Shown piece by piece: positions 41,128 to 48,942 of a DNA stretch of 64,000 nt. How positions within the stretch are numbered: position 1 is the stretch's first letter; the number at the start of each line of letters is the position of its first letter. The stretch is taken from positions 98,181 through 162,180 of the forward strand of contig JAFEAF010000014.1 in assembly GCA_018266555.1 (NCBI GenBank), written 5' to 3'. A program made the translations under genes and the position numbers. This stretch comes from Bacteroidota bacterium (lineage in GTDB: Bacteria; Bacteroidota; Bacteroidia; Chitinophagales; Chitinophagaceae). The notes under the pieces are model-generated. The model was not told the origin of the DNA, did no database searches, and worked only from the letters and a program-made list of their open reading frames with translations.

Positions 41128-41711
41128 ATGATACCGGTAAAAAAAACTTCACTGTCATTCTGGCTATCTTTATCCAGCAATTATCTGCACAGAATATTTT
41201 ATTTACCGCCAATTTTGAAAATAAAAAGATTGATTCGTCATCGTGGCAAATTGTAACCGGTAACTGGCGTATTTGCGATGTGGATGAAATGAGAATAGCC
41301 CCGGCAGAAAATGGTTACCGGTATATGTTACTGTCGGGCGGCAAAGGTTATACGGGTGATAATATTATTCGTCTCATTGTAGATCTGCCGGATTCGCTTA
41401 AAGCCAAAAAGATTAAACTAAGTTTCTCTTATTATATTCCCGCCAATGTAATGGGAACAAAAATGGAAGTTGAATTTATTCAAAAGGAAATAAAAGACGG
41501 ACGGAGAGGCATTCTTTGGGTAGATCTTTTACGACGTGTAAAAGAAAAGTGGACGGCCTATCAAAAAACAGTAAATGTTCCTGCGGGTGCCAATTCAGTT
41601 TACATCACTTTCTTTGGTTTTAAATCTTCAGGCGATAAAGACAGGATGGTTTGCTTTGATAATATTGCTGTTTCATGGATAAACCAATTCATTAAAAAAA
41701 CAACGGAATAA
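41128..41711 (+). pseudogene. secreted beta-sandwich (CBM/LamG-like) protein interrupted by a frameshift in an A8 tract
   Basis: The ATG at 41128 (MIPVKK) is in the +1 frame relative to the long ORF. That ORF is open from 41127 and reads ...KKNFTVILAIFIQQLSAQNILFTANFENKK...CFDNIAVSWI. The two frames meet at the A8 run (41139-41146), and A9 would fuse them. The track instead starts at an internal GTG (41280). Confidence 0.55.
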
Positions 41712-41753
41712 CTTTTGTTCTATTGCCGGTAAGAACCAATTCAGTTAGCTTTT
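41709..41753 (+). promoter_or_regulatory. island motif TAACTTTTGTTCTATTG + N20 + TAGCTTTT, upstream of ZU5-like gene b
   Basis: 17-mer at 41709-41725; its TAA is the stop of the preceding gene. The box is at 41746-41753 and the ATG at 41772. Confidence 0.5.
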
Positions 41754-41771
41754 ACACAAATTAAAAGCAAA

Positions 41772-43112
41772 ATGAAACAATTTTTCTTACTGGTTTTTTT
41801 ATCACTGTATGGAATATGTTTATATGCCCAAAATGACAAACAAAGTAAACCATATAGTACTCCCTTTGGAACTCCGTTTGGGAAAATTATCAGTGCAAAA
41901 ATTGATAGCCGGGGTGGTGAACTAAGATCGGAAGATAGCGGGCTTGAAATAATCATTCCGGGAGCTGCGCTTGATACCAGCACAACTATTTCAATACAAT
42001 CCATACATAACGAACTAAACGAAAATGACGAAGGCGCATATCAGTTGGAACCAACAGGAATAAACTTTAAAAAACCGCTTCAGCTCATTTTTCATTTTAA
42101 AGACTCAAACGTTGACATTAAACGTATCGGATGGCAGGATTCAAAAGGAATTTGGCATAGTGTAAATGGAGCGGTTATTGATACAGTACAAAAAACTATT
42201 TGCTGTTTTGTTTCACATTTTAGCCGCTGGTCCAGATTTGATAAAATTTATTTAAGCCCTAACAAAGCAAGGGTTAAAGTGAATAAAACCGTTTCATTTA
42301 CAATTATCAGCCTCGAAGATATCAGGGATCGTCTGGGCGATGAACTTTCCGCATCTTCGGATGATAACAGTAGTGATGATAATGCACTTTTAGCAGCACC
42401 ACATCCTTATCATTACTTTAGCAGAGAATGGACAGTAAATGGAATAGTCAACGGAGATAATACTGTTGGAACAGCAACGAAACAAGATAACCGCCATGCT
42501 GTTTACAAAGCCCCCGGCACCACTCCGCAAAACAATCCCGTTGCTGTTTCAGTACAAATTCTCTCAGATAAAAACCAAAAGCTTTTACTGACAAGCAATG
42601 TTACCGTCATTGGTGATCAATATCATTTCACCTACATTCACATTGACGAAAACGGATGTTTTTTTTTGGTGGATTCTTCAAGCTGCATTATCAACATGCA
42701 AAAAGATAAGGTTAGTATTTCTAATATCATCAATTATAAACCCTGGAGTGATTGGCCTCAGTGTGATAAGCCCTGCAAGACGACCTGGACCAACAAAGAA
42801 TCCCTTAAAGGCTTAGTAGAAATTACAGGCATTACGGGTTCAAGCGTAACGCCTGCTTCAGAAGGAGTGCTTCCAAATGTGAATATTGTTTTTGCACCCG
42901 CAATGGGTAATACACCCTCAGAATCAGTTACCTGCAAAGATCACAGCTTTAACGTTCCAAGCATGCCGAGAATGGCAGATCCAAAAATCATCAACTTTGA
43001 TATTGATGGCGACGATGTCATCATTCATTATGCAGGTAAAGCATCGAGAAATGAATTGGTGCTTACAGGCAAAGAAGAAAAAACGATGATTTACATCTAT
43101 AAGGTGAACTAA
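41772..43112 (+). CDS. secreted ZU5-like/HFS protein (copy b)
   Basis: Signal peptide. GGELRSEDSGLEIIIPGAAL...ISIQS...YQLEPTGINFKKPLQLIFHF...CFVSHFSRW. The HFS codons are at 42216-42224. It is colinear with 39742-41064. Confidence 0.65.
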   Translation: MKQFFLLVFLSLYGICLYAQNDKQSKPYSTPFGTPFGKIISAKIDSRGGELRSEDSGLEIIIPGAALDTSTTISIQSIHNELNENDEGAYQLEPTGINFKKPLQLIFHFKDSNVDIKRIGWQDSKGIWHSVNGAVIDTVQKTICCFVSHFSRWSRFDKIYLSPNKARVKVNKTVSFTIISLEDIRDRLGDELSASSDDNSSDDNALLAAPHPYHYFSREWTVNGIVNGDNTVGTATKQDNRHAVYKAPGTTPQNNPVAVSVQILSDKNQKLLLTSNVTVIGDQYHFTYIHIDENGCFFLVDSSSCIINMQKDKVSISNIINYKPWSDWPQCDKPCKTTWTNKESLKGLVEITGITGSSVTPASEGVLPNVNIVFAPAMGNTPSESVTCKDHSFNVPSMPRMADPKIINFDIDGDDVIIHYAGKASRNELVLTGKEEKTMIYIYKVN

Positions 43113-43154
43113 CTTTTGTTCTATTGTTATTAAATAACCAAGCCGGTAAATTTA
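43110..43154 (+). promoter_or_regulatory. island motif TAACTTTTGTTCTATTG + N20 + TAAATTTA
   Basis: 17-mer at 43110-43126; its TAA is the stop of ZU5-like gene b. The box is at 43147-43154 and the ATG at 43182. Confidence 0.5.
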
Positions 43155-43181
43155 AAATTTAAATCCTCACATATATTTAAA

Positions 43182-43868
43182 ATGAAAATTAATGTTGTCC
43201 TGATCTTAACAGTAAATCTTTGGACCTGTCAACAATCAACGGCACAAACGATTGTCAAAAAAGGAACGAAATACGATACCATTATCCGGAAGCATGTTAC
43301 GAAGCCGGTTCTAAAACCAAAGCCAAAAATTGCCATTGTAAAACCACCGGATACTACAAAAATAGTAGTAATGCCCACTCCGGAATTTGTGAATCAACCT
43401 TATTATTTTGATAAAGACAATAATAAACTGATAAAGCTGGAAAATGCCACAGCTCAAATGGTGACGAGGAAGAAAACATTAGGACTGAAAGGCGCTAAGC
43501 AATCGCTCACTATGGATGGCACATCATCGAATATCCGGTTTACGGCAAAAAAAGATATTGGCTTTATGATCAAAACAAGCGGCGATGTGATTGATCTTAC
43601 TTCTTATATCAAACTATACCAGTTTGTGCCATTAGATCAGAAGCGGGAAGTGACCATCAATTCAAAAGAAGGGCTATTGACTGACAAAGAAGAATCAAAA
43701 GGAAAGCTGATCAACTTTAGTGTAAAAATGATCGCTGCAGATAATTACCTGATCCAATTATCAGATCAATTAGAAGCTGGTGAATATGGATTTGTTTGGG
43801 TAAAAAATATGGAGCTGAAAGAGTTTATCGTTTTTGCTTTTGGAATAGACTGGAAAAGCAGTAATTGA
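43182..43868 (+). CDS. secreted hypothetical protein (228 aa), paralogue of 44567-45196
   Basis: Signal peptide ending STAQ. Motifs shared with the 209-aa protein: PEF.N..YF..KDN..LI.LE, L.G..SN.R, GEY.F, and the C-terminal FAFGI(D/N). Confidence 0.6.
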   Translation: MKINVVLILTVNLWTCQQSTAQTIVKKGTKYDTIIRKHVTKPVLKPKPKIAIVKPPDTTKIVVMPTPEFVNQPYYFDKDNNKLIKLENATAQMVTRKKTLGLKGAKQSLTMDGTSSNIRFTAKKDIGFMIKTSGDVIDLTSYIKLYQFVPLDQKREVTINSKEGLLTDKEESKGKLINFSVKMIAADNYLIQLSDQLEAGEYGFVWVKNMELKEFIVFAFGIDWKSSN

Positions 43869-43877
43869 TCCGTATTC

Positions 43878-43922
43878 TAACTTTTGTTCTATTGCCCGGC
43901 CCTAACTTTAATACGAACTTTC
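43878..43922 (+). promoter_or_regulatory. island motif TAACTTTTGTTCTATTG + N20 + GAACTTTC
   Basis: 17-mer at 43878-43894, 10 nt after the preceding stop. The box is at 43915-43922 and the ATG at 43935. Confidence 0.45.
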
Positions 43923-43934
43923 AAAAAAAATAAT

Positions 43935-44567
43935 ATGAAAAGAAACTATCTCTTCGCTATTGTATTGTTACCATTAAGCGCACTTGCTCAACTCGGCATC
44001 GGGTTAAAAGGTGGATTGAATTTTGCCAATGTCTCCGGTGCCTCTTCCATAAACAGCAGCAACCGCTCCGGATTCCATGTGGGTGTATTCCTGGCACCAG
44101 CCGGTAAAAGTATCATCAGTTCCCGGACAGAATTAGAATATTCCCGGCAGGGTTATAGTTTCAAATCCGGCGCCAATACCGGCAATGTAAACCTGGATTA
44201 TATTTTGTTACCACAATTAATGGGTATCAACATCACTAAGTTTGTCCAGATACAACTCGGTGCCCAGATGGCTTTTCTCCTCAATGCCAAAGCAGACAGT
44301 ACCAATACGGGGGGAAGCTCCGGTCCTTATAGTTCTATTATGAGCTACTACAATAAATTTGATTACAGCTTTGCAGCCGGTGCGGAAATCCATCCTGTAT
44401 CCGGATTACTGATCGGGGCAAGGTATAATATTGGCCTCGGCAAAATTTATAAAAGTATGGAATCCGGTCAAATGCCTTCCTTTAGTACGGAAGACGCCAA
44501 AAACAATGTTGTACAAATTTTTGCAGGTTGGACGTTTGGTAATAACTCATCAAAAAAGAAAAAATAA
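43935..44567 (+). CDS. small outer-membrane beta-barrel protein (porin-family/OMP_b-brl-like)
   Basis: Start at MKRNYLFAIVLLPLSALAQ. Alternating-hydrophobic strands (GIGLKGGLNFANV, GFHVGVFL, ...VVQIFAGWTF), with an aromatic residue near the C-terminus before a Lys tail. Confidence 0.75.
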   Translation: MKRNYLFAIVLLPLSALAQLGIGLKGGLNFANVSGASSINSSNRSGFHVGVFLAPAGKSIISSRTELEYSRQGYSFKSGANTGNVNLDYILLPQLMGINITKFVQIQLGAQMAFLLNAKADSTNTGGSSGPYSSIMSYYNKFDYSFAAGAEIHPVSGLLIGARYNIGLGKIYKSMESGQMPSFSTEDAKNNVVQIFAGWTFGNNSSKKKK

Positions 44568-45196
44568 TGAAAAAAATATTTTTATCATCAATGCTGATAG
44601 CAGTGATGAACTTTCCTAATGCGCAAACATATCCTGATCCGGAATTTGCAAATGAAATCTATTTTTTAAAAAAAGATAACCCGTATTCATTGATACGTCT
44701 TGAGAAAGGCGCTTCCAAAATGGAGACAAAAACCAATATGATCAAAGGTTCTGAACAAGGATATTCTCTGGACGGCACCAAATCCAATGTAAGAATCCAG
44801 GGTGGAAATAATCTGTCTTTTGTTTTTTCAACCGGGACATCATCCTCATCTTCAAACAGCAGATCGGATTCAATGATGAAAGCAAACGGTGTCGACTCCA
44901 AGATGCTGAACCTGGAAGGTATGATGGATCCCACCAACAACATTACACTTTATAAAATGGATATAGCAAAAGATCAAAGAAAAATTTACCTGATGAAACA
45001 AGGTGGTTATTTCGGCAGTCATAAAAACCAGAGCAGTGATAAGTACACATTCAGCCTGAAAAAAATCAGGGACGGATATTGGGAATTAGTGATAGATAAA
45101 CCCTTGCCAAAGGGTGAGTATGCTTTTACTACGATGGGAATGGGCATGCCGTCCATGGATGGAGGGATGACTCTCTTTGCTTTTGGTATCAATTGA
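44567..45196 (+). CDS. secreted hypothetical protein (209 aa), paralogue of 43182-43868
   Basis: ATGA start/stop overlap with the OMP gene. Signal peptide MKKIFLSSMLIAVMNFPNAQ. C-terminus TLFAFGIN. Confidence 0.6.
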   Translation: MKKIFLSSMLIAVMNFPNAQTYPDPEFANEIYFLKKDNPYSLIRLEKGASKMETKTNMIKGSEQGYSLDGTKSNVRIQGGNNLSFVFSTGTSSSSSNSRSDSMMKANGVDSKMLNLEGMMDPTNNITLYKMDIAKDQRKIYLMKQGGYFGSHKNQSSDKYTFSLKKIRDGYWELVIDKPLPKGEYAFTTMGMGMPSMDGGMTLFAFGIN

Positions 45197-45211
45197 AACC
45201 TGAAATAAAAT

Positions 45212-45235
45212 GAGCCACTTTATATAAAGCGGCTC
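45212..45235. terminator. hairpin between convergent genes (possible bidirectional terminator)
   Basis: GAGCCACTTTAT/ATAAAGCGGCTC inverted repeat with one mismatch; T-rich flank on the minus-strand side. Confidence 0.5.
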
Positions 45236-45259
45236 TTCCGATTTCATAAAACAATACTA

Positions 45260-45697
45260 TTATTTTTCAGCTATTGCTTTAAAACTTTTTACCTGCAGCG
45301 CATCAACTGTTATTGGTATAGCCAATGCCTTACTCACCGGGCAGTTTGCTTTGGCTTCCTCAGCATATTGCGGGAAATCTTTTACTTTCAGCTTGGGCAC
45401 TTTTGCCCGTACTTCAAGATGGCTGCCTGTAATAACGCCTGCTTCGAGAGTTACCGTACATTTTGTTTCAATCCGGCTGGGGGTAAAACCAGCAGCCCCT
45501 AAAACAAAACTAAGTTTCATGGAGTAACATCCCGCATGAGCCGCTGCAATCAACTCTTCAGGGTTGGTAAATGTTCCATCTTCAAAACGGCTGCGATAAT
45601 CGTACGCTTTGTTTTTAATAACTCCGGATTGAGTAAGCAATTTCCCGCTTCCTTCTTTTCCGGTTCCTTTCCAGTTTGCTGTTGCTGTTCTTTTCAT
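45260..45697 (-). CDS. osmC: OsmC-family peroxiredoxin
   Basis: 145 aa. Two conserved Cys contexts (AAAHAGCYSMKL and KANCPVSKAL), typical of OsmC/Ohr. Confidence 0.9.
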   Translation of the reverse strand: MKRTATANWKGTGKEGSGKLLTQSGVIKNKAYDYRSRFEDGTFTNPEELIAAAHAGCYSMKLSFVLGAAGFTPSRIETKCTVTLEAGVITGSHLEVRAKVPKLKVKDFPQYAEEAKANCPVSKALAIPITVDALQVKSFKAIAEK

Positions 45698-45711
45698 AAA
45701 ATATATTTTAT

Positions 45712-46497
45712 TTAAAGTTGATGGATCTCTTCCAGTTCGGCAAGCCGGTCTTCAGGCTTGTTATATTCAATCATAAAATTATTTTTCCCTGTCCCAATAA
45801 GTATTTTTAAAAATTTCTGTTGTACCAGTTCCAATAAAGATAGAAATAAAAAGATTGCGTGCACCCTGTTTTCACAAGAATCAAATATTTCATGAAAAGC
45901 CACAGACTTACGTTGCTGTGCCAGTGAAAGCATCTGATCCCGGCTTTCCTCAATAGTATAGTTATACTGGACCACTGTGTGCACCTGCTTATTAAACCGA
46001 TCCGAGTATTTTTGCATGGCTTTCTCAAATGCCCGCATCAATTTAAACATGGTGATGGTCTGTATCTCCGTTCCTTCCCCTGCAGCTTCTCCTATTTCGG
46101 ATAATTCCTTATGAATATTACCCCTTTTTACCAGCAGCATCCGTTGTGCTTCCATTTCGGCCATCTGCGCAGAGGCTTCTTTAAATCTTTTATATTCTAA
46201 AATTTTATTCACCAATTCCTGCCTCGGGTCTATTTCATTACCCATCTCATCCAGCTCTTTACGAGGCAACAACAACCGGGCTTTGATACGCATCAATGTA
46301 GAAATGAAAAGAATAAATTCGCTGGATAACTCAATGTTCAGTGTTTCCTGCTCATGAATGTAATGAAGAAAATCATTGGTAATTTTAGTGATAGGAATAT
46401 TATAAATATCCAATTCGTCTCTTTCGATAAAAAATAAAAGCAAATCGAAAGGTCCTTCAAATTGAGGAAGCTTGATCTGGTAATTCGATGTATTCAC
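45712..46497 (-). CDS. scpA: segregation and condensation protein A
   Basis: N-terminal FEGPFDLLLFFIERDELDIYNIPI signature; 261 aa. Confidence 0.9.
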   Translation of the reverse strand: MNTSNYQIKLPQFEGPFDLLLFFIERDELDIYNIPITKITNDFLHYIHEQETLNIELSSEFILFISTLMRIKARLLLPRKELDEMGNEIDPRQELVNKILEYKRFKEASAQMAEMEAQRMLLVKRGNIHKELSEIGEAAGEGTEIQTITMFKLMRAFEKAMQKYSDRFNKQVHTVVQYNYTIEESRDQMLSLAQQRKSVAFHEIFDSCENRVHAIFLFLSLLELVQQKFLKILIGTGKNNFMIEYNKPEDRLAELEEIHQL

Positions 46498-46628
46498 TAC
46501 ACTGTATTTTAAATGGACATCGTTAATAGAATCAATAAATCGTGGCGCAAAGCTAAGGATTGTAGCCCAATTCCGGTGTGATACAGGTGATTGATACCCA
46601 AAAGGGTGTGTTTATACATATTTGATTA

Positions 46629-47570
46629 TTAAAATTTGACGGCAAACCCGATACCCATTAGCTCTTTTAACTGGAGTGAGGGTCCACCGGTACTGCCATC
46701 ACTCTTCACCGTTTTGATATCGCTGTCATATATCATATCTAGATTTAGATTCATAGTAATGATTTTAGTTACCTTCACTAACAGCATGTTTGTCCAATAA
46801 ATATCTACATTCAGTGGATCATGTTTGTAATTGGAAAACAAATCAAGTCTTCCCTGGAAACTTGCGTTTTTACTCAAATCAGTTTTGTAAGTTGCCGATG
46901 CAAAAGCTCCGATTTCAATCTTTGATTTTTTCCCGGGATCCACACCATAAGCTCCTGCAGATGAAAGGCTATCATCTTTCACAATGACCCATCTTGCTGT
47001 AACAGGGGAAACAAATACAGAAAAATTCTTACATGGCTCATAGGTAATACCCGGAGATACCAGGATATAAGCTGGAGCAAAAAAATCTGAAGTTAGAATT
47101 TTGGAATTATCAGAAAGATAGGAATACCCTTTACTGAATTGTGAACGTAAATTAAAAAGGGCACTGACATACCATTGCTTGTGCAATTCATAGCCATATT
47201 TTGACAAAAGATCAATGCGGTCATCTGATTTCCGGCTACCCAGGCTTGTGGTGTTTATAAATCCATAAGCCATTTCAAGAGTATTATCCCATTGATGTTT
47301 TCTTTTTTTATAATACGCATGAAGCGCCAGCAGCGAAGCAATGGAAAGTGTAGACTTATCTCCGCCGGCGGCCCAGTTTTTCAATGCCCCCTGGTTAAGA
47401 TTCAGATTAAATAGCCCGCCTGTTTTCCAAACTTTTTGTGAAGTGTCTGTAGCATCTTTTGTAATTGTTTTATTGGCATCTGCCTGCAATTGTTTTACAG
47501 TTTGGTCCTGTGAATACAATGCCTGGCTGCCCAAAAGGGACAGGAAAGAAAGACAATAAATGATTTTCAT
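46629..47570 (-). CDS. outer-membrane beta-barrel-like protein (DUF3078-like)
   Basis: Signal peptide, the WKTGGLFNLNLNQGALKNWAAGG motif, alternating beta pattern, and a C-terminal aromatic residue (FAVKF). Confidence 0.6.
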   Translation of the reverse strand: MKIIYCLSFLSLLGSQALYSQDQTVKQLQADANKTITKDATDTSQKVWKTGGLFNLNLNQGALKNWAAGGDKSTLSIASLLALHAYYKKRKHQWDNTLEMAYGFINTTSLGSRKSDDRIDLLSKYGYELHKQWYVSALFNLRSQFSKGYSYLSDNSKILTSDFFAPAYILVSPGITYEPCKNFSVFVSPVTARWVIVKDDSLSSAGAYGVDPGKKSKIEIGAFASATYKTDLSKNASFQGRLDLFSNYKHDPLNVDIYWTNMLLVKVTKIITMNLNLDMIYDSDIKTVKSDGSTGGPSLQLKELMGIGFAVKF

Positions 47571-47593
47571 AATTTTTTTTGTAAAATAATAAA

Positions 47594-47621
47594 GGCAGGG
47601 ATAGCAAAAACTATTCCTGCC
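47594..47621 (-). terminator. rho-independent terminator downstream of mscL
   Basis: 11-bp stem GGCAGGGATAG/CTATTCCTGCC (one G-T pair), 6-nt loop, followed on the minus strand by a T-rich tract (TTTATTATTTTAC). Confidence 0.65.
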
Positions 47622-47640
47622 CTGAATTTAATTGAGAAAT

Positions 47641-48009
47641 TTATTTTTTTAATGCATCTCTTATTTCCATTAATAGTTTATCTGTGGAAGATGGCCCGGC
47701 AGGCGGCGGGGCTTCTTCTTTCTTTTTCATTGAATTCATAGCTTTGATCATAATAAAAAGGAAGAAGGCAATGAGTACAAAATTTACAACGGCCTGAAGA
47801 AAAGCCCCGTATTGAATGTGGACTCCGTTCACTTCTAAGGCAAGCGATTCAAAACTTTTTCCTACAAAGCTGCCGATAATCGGCATCAGGATTTTGTCAG
47901 TTAACGCTGTGATGATAGCGCCAAATGCAGCACCCATAATAACGGCTACTGCCAGGTCCATTACATTGCCTTTGGTAGCAAAATCTTTAAATTCCTTTAG
48001 CATTCCCAT
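47641..48009 (-). CDS. mscL: large-conductance mechanosensitive channel
   Basis: MLKEFKDFATKGNVMDLAVAVIMGAAFG N-terminus, two TM segments, 122 aa. Confidence 0.95.
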   Translation of the reverse strand: MGMLKEFKDFATKGNVMDLAVAVIMGAAFGAIITALTDKILMPIIGSFVGKSFESLALEVNGVHIQYGAFLQAVVNFVLIAFFLFIMIKAMNSMKKKEEAPPPAGPSSTDKLLMEIRDALKK

Positions 48010-48099
48010 ATAATATAAATTTTGGTGAAGTATTAAAAGTACATTTTTAATTTCTAAAACGATTGCCTTCGTTTCAATTATTTTTAAATGACGTTCTAA

Positions 48100-48846
48100 T
48101 TATTTTTTAATGCCCGGGTATTGCATATCCAGGCTTTTCAGTAAATCATAAAGCTGTTTTGCAATTACATATTCTTTGTACCAGTTCTGATCTGAAGGTA
48201 CTATGGTCCAAGGAATTTTATTGCAATGCTCAAAACAATCTTCATAGGCTTTCATATAATCATCCCACAGTTTTGCTTCTTTAAAATCCTGCTCATTATA
48301 CTTCCACATTTTTGACGGGTCTTTAGTGCGTTCTTTCAGCCGCTCTTGTTGCTCTTCTCTTGAGATATGAAGATAAAATTTCAAAATATGGGTCTCATTA
48401 TGTTGGTACAATAACTCTTCAAAATCATTAATGGCTTTCATCCTTTTTGAAGCTGTTTCATCATCACACCATTTATGAACTCTTGTCACTAAAATATCTT
48501 CATAATGAGAACGGTTGAAAATCTGGATCATTCCTTTGGCCGGCGAATGCTGATGCACTCTCCATAAAAAATCATGGGCGGCTTCTTCAACTGTTGGTAC
48601 TTTAAAAGAATGAACCGTAACACCCTGCGGATTCAATGATCCAAATACATGACGAATAGTTCCGTCCTTGCCGCTGGCGTCCAGTCCCTGGAGAACTATC
48701 AATACAGAATGTTTATTTTCTGCAAACAATAAATTTTGCAGTTCATCAAGCCCTTTCAATATTTCTTCCAACCGTTCTTTTGTTTCTTTTTTGTCAAAAT
48801 CCTTAGGCGCTCGTGTATTGATTTCGTTTAATTTTATTTTATCCAT
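48100..48846 (-). CDS. ppk2: polyphosphate kinase 2 family protein (single-domain PPK2)
   Basis: Walker A-like QGLDASGKDG, plus FNRSHYEDILV and WYKEY motifs. The start is probably MDKIKLNE (48846). Confidence 0.88.
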   Translation of the reverse strand: MDKIKLNEINTRAPKDFDKKETKERLEEILKGLDELQNLLFAENKHSVLIVLQGLDASGKDGTIRHVFGSLNPQGVTVHSFKVPTVEEAAHDFLWRVHQHSPAKGMIQIFNRSHYEDILVTRVHKWCDDETASKRMKAINDFEELLYQHNETHILKFYLHISREEQQERLKERTKDPSKMWKYNEQDFKEAKLWDDYMKAYEDCFEHCNKIPWTIVPSDQNWYKEYVIAKQLYDLLKSLDMQYPGIKK

Positions 48847-48942
48847 ATATAAATTTATTAAAAACACAGCAAGGTAAAAAAATCTATCCGGCTAATGTAC
48901 CTTCGCCGAGTTTTATAGCTGTTAAATTGCCAGGCATAGATT

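Noticed and set aside
20711-45196. Polysaccharide utilisation locus, T9SS cargo cluster or mobile genomic island as an explanation for the central block
   Set aside because: I see no SusC/SusD-like genes, glycoside hydrolases, recognisable T9SS C-terminal sorting domains, integrase, transposase, flanking direct repeats or adjacent tRNA.
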